64,000 nt of DNA, taken from NCBI RefSeq assembly GCF_009914755.1, contig NC_060930.1; one strand, 5' to 3'. The notes under the pieces are model-generated. The model was not told the origin of the DNA. It ran no database searches and saw nothing but the letters and a program-made list of their open reading frames with translations. Source of the stretch: the human T2T-CHM13v2.0 reference genome, Homo sapiens. The translations under genes were made by a program, and so were the position numbers. Position 1 is the stretch's first letter. Each line of letters opens with the position of its first letter. Shown here one piece after another: positions 1 to 17,532 of the stretch.

Positions 1-2396
1 AGGGTAAGGAGAATGTGTTCTAGTGGGAATAAAGAAAAAAAACAAAATTACGCAGGCAAAGAAAAAAGTTGTACATTTTTGGACGTTCACCACTCAACTG
101 CTCTTAGCAAGTTTTCAGAGGATCTATTCTAAATTAGGTAGCTGTGGTTACCACTATTTTCTGGAAAGTTGTTTTCTGGGTATATGAAATTAAGTCTGAG
201 GATAATTAAGGTAGGTAGCTTTTCATCTTTTCTCTAGAAAGTAACTAGCACAATCTTGGTGCTTAATGAAATTATATATCAGGTAAATGATATGCTTGCC
301 AGGAATGCTTTCAAGTGGTGAGTATTTTACAGGATATTCTCACACTAGCATGCCTCCTTCTAATCTTGATTAAGTCAGCTCAACTCCCTGACTATAAGAA
401 ATCACCATGTGAGTCTTTGAAGAATGCGCCCCCTACCAATGCCATGCTGTGCCTACGCTAACCTTTAAGCAAGTACACCGGCAACCCTGAGTTCCTGTGG
501 TTTCCACTGTGGTAGACTGTTGGGCCAGTAGCACACTTGCTATATGAGGGTCTGCTACAGTAAAACGACAATGCAGGAAGGATGTTTGTTTTGGGGGTTT
601 ATTCAAAATTGGAGAAAACTATGGAATGGTGAAAAGTAACAAGCCAAAGACTCATTATTTGCTTTGTCTGCCAGCTGCCAGCTGCCAAAGAAGACACAGT
701 GGATCGCCTCCTGGTACTGTTCTGTGCCCAGAGGCTCCAAATTAGCACTGTTTTAACTGTCTTGCCACCACACTTCAGATGTTATCACTATCATTTCCAT
801 TTTTGCTTTTGGAATATTCCAGGGACCACAGTCCTTCAAATCCTACCATCTAATTGGTGCTAAATTTGCATATAGTCATGCTTCCTCCACTCTGGTGTAA
901 AATGGATATTCTAGTCCTCTTCTGTAAGCTCCGTGTTTTAACTATCACACAGCCTGGAGTTTCACTAGTAGATAAATGTTGAGTAGGCCCACTGCAAAGC
1001 TTACTGATGGCAGAGCAAATAGCTGAATTTAACCTTAAATTAATCCTGATATATGAGCTCTGAGTTAAACAGCTCTGAGTTAAACAGGCCAAGCAATAGT
1101 TCAGCAAGTCGGTGGGGAGGGGGTGACAGAATGAACATCTGAGACTTTTTTTTTTTTAACTTTAATCCGACATGATAAAGGCAAAGTAACTCATTCTTAG
1201 TTACATTTCCTTCTGTGAATTTTGTTTTTTAGTAACTTGTTTTTTTGCTTAAATATTTTTTTAGAAATCAAAACCCAACAATGAGAACAATTATGTTAAT
1301 AATGCCAGGAAATTTGTTTGCTTTGTTAAATTGAGCTTCAAAAGCACTTCAATTGAACATACATTTGTGATTGCAAGTAATGTCTATTCTTATATCCATT
1401 TAAAATGTTTACTTTATTACAGCTTATTATAAATGTGAAGTCTAAAATGCAGCACCATGGCTGCTCAATTTCCAGGCCACAATTTTATGATAATCATATG
1501 AAATGTATTCATGTGTCAACAGAACTGCCTAACAATGCCCCAAATGGAGTTGTTAGCAGCTCTGTCTTTCTGATGGCCACACAGTTCTGTGCCTCATAAC
1601 ATTAAGAAACTGCTACAAACGAAAAGTTCTTTGACAATTTTAACTTAGTTTGTAGCATGTACTATGTTGCTACATACAGCTCAGTTTAATTGCTACTGTC
1701 TCAGAGATCTCCTACAGGAAAACTGACCTTAAACATATGAATGAGATAAATGGGCTGTTACTTTTTATATGGCTGGATTGTCTTTTTAGGTAGTCTTTAC
1801 ACCAAAGGGGTTGAGACTGCAGAATCCCTCTGGTATTTGATGTTCCCTACTGCATGCAGTGGTGAAAAGGTACCTGGAAGATGCCTTCTATCACCTTGAC
1901 ATCTCACAAAGGAGTAAGGGAGCACTTATATGCAGATCCGATAAATGGAAATGAATAAAGGCTCTAGAGGTGTCCCTCCCTCCCTCTCATGACTTCCTCG
2001 CTTTTGTGACAAGTAGCCCATATGATGGTGGCCAGTGCAGGAGCTGAGATCTTGAGCAACATTTTCTCAACTCTACATTTTTTTTTTAAGGCCCTATGAT
2101 GCAGGTACCATCCCATGTGTTTTTATGCCCCTTATTTCATTCAGAAGATCTGTTTGCCTGCAGTGGACCATATACTTTTGGATGGAGGTTGGGAGAAAAG
2201 CATCCGTCAGGAACCAGAATCATGTGATAGTAGGCTATATATATTTTTTGTTTCAAGTTTTTTTTTTAACCTCCTAGAAACACTTCTCTGAGTTAGTAAC
2301 AGAGAACTGTGAAAATGTCCAATCAACTTTAAGACAACTGATTTTTTATAGCCAACTGCTTCTGAAAGAGTACCAAGTCCACCTAGGCCAACTCTT

Positions 2397-2692
2397 TATT
2401 TATTATTTTGAGACAAGGTCTTGCTCTGTCGCCCAAGCTAGAGTGGTGTGGGACGCTCACAGCTCACTGCAGCCTCAACCTCCCAGGCTCAAGTGATACT
2501 CCCACCTCAGCTTTGCTAGCAGCTGGAACTACAGGCGTGTGCCACCACACTTGGCTAATTTTTGTATTTTTTGTAGAGATGGGAGTTTCACCATGTTGCC
2601 CAGGCTGGTCTCAAACACCCGGGCTGAAGCAACCCATCTGCCTTAGCCTCCCAAAGTGCTGTGATTACAGACATAAGCCACCATGCTCAGCC
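2397..2692 (-). mobile_element. Alu (AluJ-like)
   Basis: Reverse-complement Alu dimer; TSD CCAACTCT. Confidence 0.92.
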
Positions 2693-2956
2693 CCAACTCT
2701 CTTTTTAGATGGAAAACACTAAGGTTCACAGAAAGCCTATAACTTATCCAAAGCATATGCCTCTTTGGGTGCAGAACTAGCACCAGGGTCCAGACTTGCA
2801 GCATCCCAGTCCAGCACACTGACTATGGAGTCATCTATAAGACAATCCTTCATAAACAAAAGGTATAACTTTGCAGGGCAAATGTTTACTTACAGTCATT
2901 TAAGTTTGATCCAGTTTATCTAATGCAAGAAAAACAGTTTATATAGCAACCAACTA

Positions 2957-2974
2957 CAGACACACAGACACACA

Positions 2975-3009
<35 letters not shown>
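2957..3009. repeat. (CA)n microsatellite
   Basis: CAGACACA units followed by a pure CA run. Confidence 0.95.
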
Positions 3010-3011
<2 letters not shown>

Positions 3012-6000
3012 ACATTTCATAAAGCAATTTATTTCCTTTCTTTGTGCTATTTTCTCTTCTACTTTATTTCATTAAAACAAAAACAAACAAACAAACCTGA
3101 TTGAGATCCACTTAATGGATTTCGAAACCAACCATCAAAGTCAGGGGGGAAAAAAATCTCACAGAATATCAAACAGAATAATGGATTGATTTCAAGCAAC
3201 TAGCATGGAAGTTAATTCTAGTCTAGTATAATTCTAATCTTGAATTTTATAAACAATAAAGGTAGACAACTCTCAGGACAGGAGTCTTGGTACTCAGAAT
3301 GCTAAATCAGACCCCGTCTCATGGCTTCTGCCACCTTCCTTTCCCACATATTGTCTCTTTTCGAACAATGACTACACTGTAAAGAGGCTGTCCTGGCTGG
3401 GCAAATGCTCTCACCCATTTCTTCTGTAGTCCTTCTGGTATAACATTGCTACCAAAGCATAGTTGATGCTTGGCTTTAATTTAAATTTCAGATAGCATTT
3501 TTCTCTACAGAACTGAGTCTGTTTTGTCAAATCCTGAAATATCATGACATATTATTGCAGGGTATAATCCCTTCCTTTCATTTACATGCACCCCCATTAG
3601 ATGGTAAGCTCCTTGAGTGAACAAAACAAGTCATTTTGTTCATTGCCAGATCCCCCCACTGAATACATAAAAGGTGCTCAATAAGTATGTGTAGAAAAAA
3701 GAAAGCTTGATGAACATTATACAAAGGAATTATAGAAATGACATCAGATTTTAAAACATTACATGGCTTTCATCCTTGGACCAGGGTCTCTTGCTCTAGG
3801 ACTCTGTTCTTACTCTTCCCCCTGAATGGCATTGCATCCTCCCCTCTGGATAGCCAGTTCTTCCACCAGGATCACTTTCTCTGGAAAGCCCTTTCTGATT
3901 CCACAGGTTCTTGTGCTTCATTGATAAGAATATCTTATTCTTCCCACATCTTGGAAAGATGGTATGTTGAATGCGCTTTATCTCCAACCTGACAATAAGC
4001 TCAATCGGGATGGAACTTTAATAAATGGCCTGGCACAGTAAGTGCTCAACTAAAATGTTTTTTTTTAACATTTAAAAAATACAGTCTCTTTCCAATTCTG
4101 CATATATATATTAATAAAAAGTTACACACTTAGGACTGAAAACCAAATCAAAACAGAATCAGCCCAACCTAATGGCCAAATCATAAGGGTAATTAGTAGT
4201 TGGATCAACTGCACGTTTTTGTTTTTGTTTTTAAGAAGTCCCTTAAAACCATGCTGCCACATAAAATTAGGACATACAATATCATCTACTGGGGAGAGGG
4301 GAGCGGAGGAACAGAGAGAAGAAAGTAAGCAAGCAAACCATCTCACACGTGTTTTTATGTCAGATGGGAAACAAACAACCAAAATAGCTAAGGCATCCTA
4401 TTGCATCATATTCATCACATACCAATAATTTTCTGCTTCCTAAAATATGAAAGATAATGACTCATCCATCCAGCACTTATCAATATTGTTTATGATAGAA
4501 AAAAGATAAATGCATCATTCCCTTTTGTATCCAGTGCACTGGATAATATATACTTTAAACATGCAAATTTTAAATAAGAAATGCATTTATACAACACAAC
4601 TAATAGGAACTCAAAGGTTTTATAAATATTAACTCTTCACATTTTTATAAGCTAGTTTTACAAGATTCTTATTTTAAACAGTGGACCTAGGATACATGTA
4701 AATAAGGATGGATTTAAAGTAAGTTTCTGCCTCCCTGTCTGCCAGTCTAAAATGAGCCTAAATTTCCTTCTTAAAATAATTTTCCATGTATTTCCCACAA
4801 TAAAAATCTTAAGAAATATCTCCATAATAATTTTCCACCAAATCTACAAAGAGAAGGATCAGCAAATTGTCTCATGAAATATGACTTGCCAAATTAGTTC
4901 AAATTGGCCTCAGTAATAATATTCACTAAGAATGCATAGGGCTAAAAGGCTACAGACAGAGAAAAGACATATGACAAACCTCTGTGAGTCTGCCCTGAGT
5001 GTATAAAGGGTTGGCTTCGAGTCCCTTAAAATTCATCATTTTATTAATCATCCAATAGATGACTTAACGAATAGCCTACTGATAAGACCAAAATTCAAAT
5101 TCGGAGGTTCTTTTGAATCTTCATTAGAATAAGTACTACAACGAAAGAATCTTAGAGGAGATATTTTTGCAAAAAATAACTGCAGAAAATAAAATATAAC
5201 TTAAAAAATATAAAAGATGAAGTACTAGTAAATATTTAATATGTGAGTGAAAATGGAAATGTTGTAATCAATGTGGAGAGAAAAATGATAGAAAATCCAA
5301 ACAAGGTTAAAATGAAGTATTATACATTATTGTTATTATTAATAGTTCTTTCTTTTTTAACAGAGAGAGTTATGTTACTCTAATGGGATACCGAATTTTG
5401 GAGGAAAGACTCTTAAGGGATGAAAAAACATTCCTGAATGAGCTAATAATTGTGGATGGAGAATTGAGGTTACATTTGAGTAGTGGTTTGCTAGGCTCAC
5501 TCCTTTTTCCATTCTTTTTATTCACTCAGAAAACTATAAAATGCCTAGATAAAATAACAGGGCAAAAATAAACACAGAAGCAATCATTCCTTTGTATTGT
5601 TTTCTGTGTTTGGGCTGTGTGTGTGCTTATGTATGTATGCTTACAAGTATATGTATTATGTATATGATAAACATGTATATGCGATGTTTATGTGTGTTCA
5701 CACATATTTGAAAATACAAAATCCAGAGATTTTAGAAAACATGTAGCTGTTATTTGGTTACACGAACATTCTAAAATTTACACAGAGGAATAAATCAGGC
5801 CTTCCAACTGAGGAGTGGACAGGAACAGAAAACTCATCTTTCATCTTTTAACCTTCCAAGTCCTAGAAAGATGAACAACTCCCAGTCCCTCAATGCACAT
5901 ATATACAATTGCCCTTACAGTCAAAATATGACAGATTCAGGAACAGAATCTGGCATTCTTGATTATTGTCCTGCAGTCTCTCCTCTATATCACACTGCCC

Positions 6001-6116
6001 AACACATACTTAATTTCATCATTTGTATGTATGTGATTATTCTTAATTTCCAGATATGTAGATTTATAATCGTGGTTTCTAATATTTACTCTGGCATCTG
6101 AAAATGCTCATAGATT

Positions 6117-6890
6117 CATACATTTGTTGAGTACCTTGGAGTTGATGCAGTTCTTTTAGGGAAGCCAGTTTGGTTGTAGTCTCCTGTGGATTTAACTTGT
6201 TCTGAATTCTGTGGTATAAGGAAGGCTGTTTTAGAGTAATTCCAATTTATTTTTGCTACTTAATATATCACTCCTATGATAAACTAGATCAAACTTGTAA
6301 AAATGAGCAGATATATGCTACCATGAGATCACAGATAGTGTTTGCTAGTCATGGAGGGTTCTCAGCCTTCTCTTCTTTGGTACAGAAATGGGAGCATATC
6401 CTCCTTTTTAAGAGATATAGGTCATTTATACAACAAGTATTTCTTCAGCTCCTGCTACTGTGCAGTCATATTCTGATGAATCAACAGAACCTCCCTTACC
6501 ACCACCTGGGAGTGCATTTATATCAGAAAGAAACCAACTACAATTCTTCTACCATTAAGAATATCTCCAGCACCTCCCTGTTGAATGAGCAGGAAGGCCC
6601 ACCCCTGGAACTTCATTGGAAAGCTCTCTCTGATACATACATTTGTTGAGTACCTTGGATTTGATGCAGTTCCTTTAGGAAAACCAGTTTGGTTATAGCC
6701 TCCTGCAGATTTAACTTATTCTGAATTCTGTGGTATAAGGAAGGCTGTTTTAGAGTAATTCCAATTTATTTTTGCTAATATATCACCCTTGTAGTAAACT
6801 AGATCAAACCTATAAAAATGAGCAGATATATATTACCAGGAGGTCACAGATAGTGTTTGTATAACTCAGGCAGCTAGTCATGGAAGGTTT
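6117..6890 (+). repeat. Diverged ~250-bp direct repeat pair (6117-~6360 and 6636-~6890)
   Basis: Both copies begin CATACATTTGTTGAGTACCTTGGA and share TTCTGAATTCTGTGGTATAAGGAAGGCTGTTTTAGAGTAATTCCAATTTATTTTTGCTA exactly. Confidence 0.93.
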
Positions 6891-9800
6891 CAAACTTACT
6901 TCCTCTTACTCCAAAGCTTACTCCAAAGCTCTTATCCATATAATCTGAATAGTATTCTCAAAGCAATAATTTAATTTGGCTTTAAATATTTTCACCTTTC
7001 TTTTATAGATCTTTAAGGTCAAATAATTATTAATGATGGTATTATGGTTTTGGTTTAAGGGGAAAAAAAAAAACTAGAAAGGATCCTGGACATGATTTAA
7101 TGAAAAAACACATTATTAATTATAAAAAACAAAAACACAACTTTTTTTTTTTAAGACAAAGACAAGAACCCCAAATCTCACCTCCAATCCTGAGTTCCTT
7201 TCAACATACCACACTGCTTCCCTTTTGCTTCTTCACAGATAACTATATAGCAGGCAGTTTAAGGACAATTCTATCTAGTATCTTCCTCATCTTGCTACAT
7301 TACTGAGAAAATTTAGGAAAGAATACTACAAGAGAATATAAAGAACTTTGAAAAAGGTGGAACTAGATTAAAATCTTGAATCAGATGCTTTTGATAAATG
7401 TGCACTGGGCTCCATACTTCACAATCCTTATGTTATTCAATTTTTAAGCAATGTAACCTGAAGCACAGTGCTCAGAATCTGCCAGATGGTGGCTGCTGGG
7501 ACTGAATGAGTTAACACATACAAACCATTTGGTAGACATGGGGGGTCTCAACTTGGTTAGTTTGCTTTCCTGTTATTTCCTGGAGTTATTCTGCACTCAA
7601 TTTATGTAGAAAAGTATGATGATATATCACATAAACAGAAGAATTTTCTTCCATTCCCTCTCCTTCAACTAAACAACAAGAAAACAGAACTAAACTGAAG
7701 AAATAAATGCCATTCGGTTCACTCTTATTCAATATATTCTTTAGCATAAAACTATTAATGGCAGTAAATGAAGAAAAATAATAAACTATTTGGTTTATTT
7801 TCATTCTGTTGTTCCAGTTCAGACTGAATTGGAAAAGGCTGGCTTTTCCATGAGGTTACTTATGAACTAAAACCAAAGTAAAACATGGCTTTGAAACAGA
7901 ACGCTTTGATCTCAAAATGTCTCAAGTTAGATATCTGTGTCACAGATGTAACTCCTGAGCAGTGCCCCATGCAACCTACGCTTTCTGGAAATGTATACCA
8001 AATTCCAGAGAGCCAGAGTCCCTGAAACAAATATTCAAAGGAACACCCTATGGTTTTAGTTATTTGCTTGCTCGGTTTCTCGTGTCATGTCATAATTTCT
8101 CATGGGAAAGAAACACGTAAAAAGAAAGTGCATCTGAGAATCCTAATGATCTGAATCCCAAGATGATAAAATAAGGCCCCATCTGCAATGGTTTGTAACT
8201 GCTTTAGGGGAGAGGGATGATTGTGGTAAAGAAATACTATTTTTAAAAATGACTTTTATGAGCCTGGTATTGTGCTAGGTGCTTTATCCACACAACTCCA
8301 TACAATTCAAAAAGTAATTCTAAGAAGTGCATATTGCCATTCCCATTATGGACAAAAAGCCAAGGCATACCCACTACTACTTAGTTGAATGAGAACCCCA
8401 CCAGGTTTTTCTAGTTCTAAAGTTTGTCCTAAGGATTAGACTGCTTTTCAATTGGATGACAAATCACCCTTGTGCATTTTAATAGATTCATTAGAAAATT
8501 TCCATGAAGATTTTGGACATAAACCTGTGTCAAACCAGCCTGCCACCTCTCTCACAATGGAATCTAAGCAAAAAAGCACAAGAGCCAAAACAAACTAAAA
8601 AACTGAAGGGTTCTATTCTTTCAGATAACATATAGTTTTTCTCTAATCTGCCAAATTTCTCTATTGGTTAGATAGTATGAGCAATTTTCTCACAGGAAAT
8701 CTCTTGTATTTATAGCAAGCTAATTACTTTTTAGACGTGATTGTCATATGTATGTGGATGGTTTTAGAATTCAATTCCGTCAAAAGCTGGAAAATTAATT
8801 CATGCCTCATCCCATGCAAGCCTCATGTTTTAAGAGATTAAAAGCCACTACAAAGACCTATTACCATGGCATTTCTGAAGTCTACTCTTAACTAAGAAAT
8901 CCATTAATTAGCTTTTATGGATGATCTATTATCTCTAAGACAGAAGGTATCTTTGTTGTGATAAGTTCAATGTTCTACCTAATTGTAAAGAAAATTTAGA
9001 AAGAACAGTTTTATGCTTTAAAGTTTAGACGAAAACAAAGCTGGCATCTTAATCATGAATGTAACACATTAAGACATAAAACAAAAGATTCTAGAAAATA
9101 AAATATTCGTTATTTTTATTTTCTTTTAGTAAATCAGAGCTAGAATATTATTGGCTACAAAAAGTGAGACGTTAACTCTGATCTCTTACCAGTTAAACAG
9201 AGGTACTTTACTATCTTTACAGATGTTTTTAATATACACTTTCCTCAAAAACTGCAATAAGTTATTTGCCACACAATAACTGTTTTCTCTCAAGACAGAA
9301 ATGTAAGCAACATTTGAAAACTTCAATTTGTTGAAATATGTAACTGTCTGCTAAGCCTCATATTTTGTATCAGCCAAACTGAATTATACGACTTTTGGTA
9401 ATGTTAAACAAAATTTAAAATTATTACCAATTTTGACTGTTACTCTGTTTTTTTCAGTTAAATATGGTAATACATTTCAAAAATGATGTCAAAGATGTCA
9501 CTTTACTACAGCAAATATTAGAACAGACATTTGGTAGAATCAACAGATGATGCATCCATGAATAACTTTTTTTATTTTAGAGGAGGTAACGTCTATTTCT
9601 TCATCTACACTGAGTCCCTCTAAAGCATGTGACACTATTATAATAAAGGCCTTAAGCAGTTACGAGGCTTTTAAAGTAAGTAACCCTTTTGGGTTACTTA
9701 TTTTACTATTAAATGGTACTGGGTTACTATTAAAAGTTTAATAGGCTTTTAAGACTACTCATCAGCATACAGAGCACCTACTATTCATATATCTCAGTCT

Positions 9801-10189
9801 GTGAGATATATACTTCCTCACTTCAACATGAAAAATTTCAGTGGCAAGTAAAGATATACACAGGCAAAATCTCAAAAAGTAAATAAGAAAACAAGAAAAA
9901 ATAAGATTTCACAGGCAGTTTACAAGCACTTGCCAAGTAAGTGGCACAAATCATACACCACTCCCAAATAAAAAGGAATGCTCCTGCCCAGAAATTGGCT
10001 CATACTTCCCTTATAGTTCTTGCTGTATTACTCTCTGCTTTGTAGCTATTTGTATACATATCTCCTTGGAAGGATAGATTTTTATGATTTTCATTTCTGA
10101 ATCCCACCACAATACTGAAAAATGCCTAGTACTTTGTAAGTGCTCAATAGATGTTTATTTGAAAACCTGAATGAATGATTAATGATGAC

Positions 10190-10650
10190 GATACAGATGA
10201 TGAAGACAGCAGCCACACTCAGAGCCAGGTACTGTTCTAAGTACCTTCACATGCATTAAGGAATTTATTCATTTGTTTTCTCTTTTTATCTCTACAAATG
10301 AGGAAACTAAGGCATAGAGAGAAAAAAATAGTTTGCCCCCAATCATCTAACTCCTTCACACCCTTCAATTCGTGGCTTAAAAATGACTTCAATCAGGGAG
10401 GCCTTCTGTGACTCATTAGACAGGGCTAGCTACCCTTGCTCTCCATCTGAAGAGTCCCCTTATTTTCCTTATCATTGTATTAGTCAATCCTGAAGTATTT
10501 ATTCAATTAGCAGCCCCTATGCTGTAGACATTAAACTCCATAAAGGCAGGGACCATTTCAGTCTTATTCACCACTTGAATCCCAGTGCCTATCAAAGTAC
10601 TTGGCACATAAAGATGCTTAATGAATGTCAGTTTAATGAGTGAATGATGC
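10190..10650. repeat. MIR and L2 fragments
   Basis: MIR core ACAAATGAGGAAACTAAGGCATAGAGA; L2 tail AAACTCCATAAAGGCAGGGACC...ATGAGTGAATGA. Similar fragments near 2700-2830, 3590-3690, 13070-13245 and 21800-21910. Confidence 0.65.
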
Positions 10651-10697
10651 ATAACATGTGGTAGGTATTAATTAAATGTCATTTATCGAGCAATAAA

Positions 10698-11006
10698 GGC
10701 CAGTGCAGTGGCTCATGCCTGTAATCCCAGCACTTTGGGAGGCCAAGGTGGGAGGATAACTTCAGCTCAGGAGTTTGAGACCAACATAGGCAGCATACCG
10801 AGACCCTGTCTCTACAAAAAAAAAAAAAAAAATCCAGGCATGGTGGCATGTGCCTGTAGTCCCAGCTACTCGAGAGGCTAAGGTAGGAAGATCTCTTGAG
10901 CCTGGGAGATAGTGCAGTGAACTATGATCACACCACTGCACTCCAGCCTGGGTGACAGAGTGAGACCTTGTCTCAAAAAAAAAAAAAAGAAAAGAAAAAA
11001 AAAAAA
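10698..11006 (+). mobile_element. Alu (AluJ-like)
   Basis: Dimer with A-rich linker and tail; TSD GAGCAA(T/C)AAA. Confidence 0.92.
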
Positions 11007-11486
11007 GAGCAACAAAAATAACTGGATCTGAGGTGATGTTGAAATTGTCAATTTAACTGCCCAGTAGGCAGCTGAAGATTCAAAACTGAGGTTTTAAAAA
11101 AGAATGAGGATTGAGGATTAGAGGTGAAGAATTAAGAGTCATCTGCATATTATTATTCCAGTTACAAATGACCATGACAAAGCTGTGACATTACAGTTCA
11201 CCTATTTCTGAATATGTATTACATGTATATTCAGGAGAACTTAACACTATATATTTATGTTGTAAGCTCCCAAAATAAAAATTTGGATAAGGTCCCTATT
11301 AATGGAAAGAAGTAGATGAAACTATTCTTTAAGAGATTCCTCTGCATAGTATAATAAGCTGCTTGGGTTATTTTCATACCTAATAATGTATTTCTTCTAT
11401 GAGACTCCCTAGAATCTGCCATTACCATGTTTCCAGTTGGATAAAAAGCTCCCAGTTCATATTAATACTGCTGTGTTAAGACGACC

Positions 11487-11786
<300 letters not shown>

Positions 11787-12456
11787 TTAACCATGGTGAA
11801 GCTGAAATATACTGTAAGCATGATTATATACCATAAACACTCAGGTACCACAGATGAGCTCCGTGCTGTAGAGACAAGCAAAGGATCTAAATCTGCAGAA
11901 TGACTTAATAGAGGAATGTGGATTATAAATCACACTACACTATTACTGCTAAGACAAAAGTGAAAATTCCAGTAAAGCACTGACAGACAAAATAGAAAGC
12001 AGAACTGATTCAGTCATTTGGGTGGAGAGACTTGAATTTACAATGAGTACAAGCTAAGTTGGAAAGAGAAGTATTTTAAGTTTCAAACCTGTTTTTCATC
12101 ACTTGGTATGGCTGTGAGTGACAGTAACAAAGACTCCAGCTGCTGCCACAGTGAAGAAAGGGAGATTTTTGAGTAAAGGCAGCAGACTCATTGAAGAAAA
12201 GAAACCACTGTAAATGAAACAACACTCTTTCTGAGCATAACTGCAGCTGCTTTTTGTCATCTTGGCTGTATTCACACATACACAGCCAGTATACAGTAGC
12301 ATCACATTCAAATATTTACGATCACAGGAGAAGTATATGTATTTAAAAGAAATAAAAAGTAAGTCTGTAGGTCTTTTAAACATACAAACACTGGCACTAC
12401 TAGAGTGTTAATAGTGCCTTAAGGAACACACAGAAGAATTAGCTACCTTGTCATTT

Positions 12457-12478
12457 GAGAGAGAGAGAGAGAGAGAGA
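12457..12478. repeat. (GA)n microsatellite
   Basis: Pure GA run. Confidence 0.95.
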
Positions 12479-13417
12479 AAATAGGAATGTAATGTCAGTG
12501 AATCAAAGTACTATATCTTTCTCCAGGAGGGTGTAGAGATACCTTTAGGCTCACAGGTCAAAGCTTATGGATGTATATAATAGGATGCAAGGAACTGCCA
12601 GAATTTGACCTTGAGAAATGACAGCTGACAGCAAATCACTAACTACAAAAATATACTAATCATGGACCACTTTTCAAGGCAGTAACTGACTTAAGGACAT
12701 TTAACAAATCCTGAGGCCACTGCCTTATTAAAGCACACAGCAAGAGCCTAATATGATACCCCAAATAAATGTTATATAAATTACAGAACACTTTAAGAAG
12801 GTAGGGATACTTCTAACATATCAAAGGGAAAATTTTACATAAATGCTTGCTTTAAAAAGCTACAGGGAAAATACTTCATTAAATGATGATGTTGGATAAC
12901 TGAAGTAAGTATATACAGTCTGACATTTCTATAGAGGTTCTTCTTTAAAATGCACTCTTGCATGTGCTGGCTCCCGTGAAATACCTGACATTCTCAAATG
13001 TAAGTCAGCAATATTTATACAAGAACAGTGTCATAAGAACAAAAAGGGTGGGGTTGGAAAGGCAGAAAAACCTGAGTTCTAATCTCAATTCCATCATTTG
13101 CTGAATTTATGACCATGGGCAAGTTATTTAACCTCTCTGAGTTTCCATTTTCTCACATGAAAATAAAAGCAATATTTACTTAGTAAGACTGCTATAAACA
13201 CTAGAAGGTATAATATGTCTTAGGCACATAATATGTGCTCAATAAAAATGATTTATTTTGCCTATTTATAAAAATACTTTTTCTTCTATACCTAGTACAA
13301 TTAAAGTCATGTAATTGTTTATGCCAGAGCTAAGTTTGAAAAAATTATCTTTGATCTCAACGCAAATGTCTAACCTTGAAAATAATGTCAAAGATTATTA
13401 TTTCCAAAAGGGAAGTA

Positions 13418-13813
13418 CAAATGCGCCTTGACTTACAATACAGTTACATCCTGCTTAGCCCACTGTAAGTTGAAAATATCATTAAGTCAAAAATGCATTT
13501 AATACACCTAACCTACCTAACCTCACAGCTTAGCATAGCCTACCTTAAGTGTGCTTAAGACACTTACATTAGCTTACATTTGGGAAAAAAAATCATCTAA
13601 TATAAACCCTAATTTATACTTCCTGTTGACCAGGTCTGAAAAAAAAAGGACACACACAAAAGAGAGCATAAATCCTATTTTATAACAAAGTGTTGAATGT
13701 CTCATATAGTTTACTGAATATAGTACTGAAAGGGAAAGAACGATTGTATGGGCACTGAAAGCACAGTTCTACTGAATGTATATTACTTTCACACCATCAC
13801 AAACTGAAAAATC
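13418..13813 (+). mobile_element. MER47A-like Tigger-derived DNA transposon, left part (split by the L1PA)
   Basis: CAAATGCGCCTTGACTTAC...AATGCATTTAATACACCTAACCTAC... resembles the MER47A consensus; the remainder resumes after the L1. Confidence 0.78.
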
Positions 13814-17486
<3,673 letters not shown>

Positions 17487-17532
17487 AAATTGAAAAATCA
17501 TAAGTTGAACCATTGAGGCCGGGGACCATCAG
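17487..17532 (+). mobile_element. MER47A-like element, right end
   Basis: GAAAAATCATAAGTTGAACCAT...CGGGGACCATCAG followed by TA. Confidence 0.7.

Noticed and set aside
2408-2722. 104-aa ORF and similar ORFs at 18027, 19936, 27108, 47966, 50946 and 60787
   Set aside because: Typical translations of Alu sequence; not genes.
6323-6649. 108-aa ORF between the duplicated blocks
   Set aside because: No recognisable domain or splice context; the length is compatible with chance.
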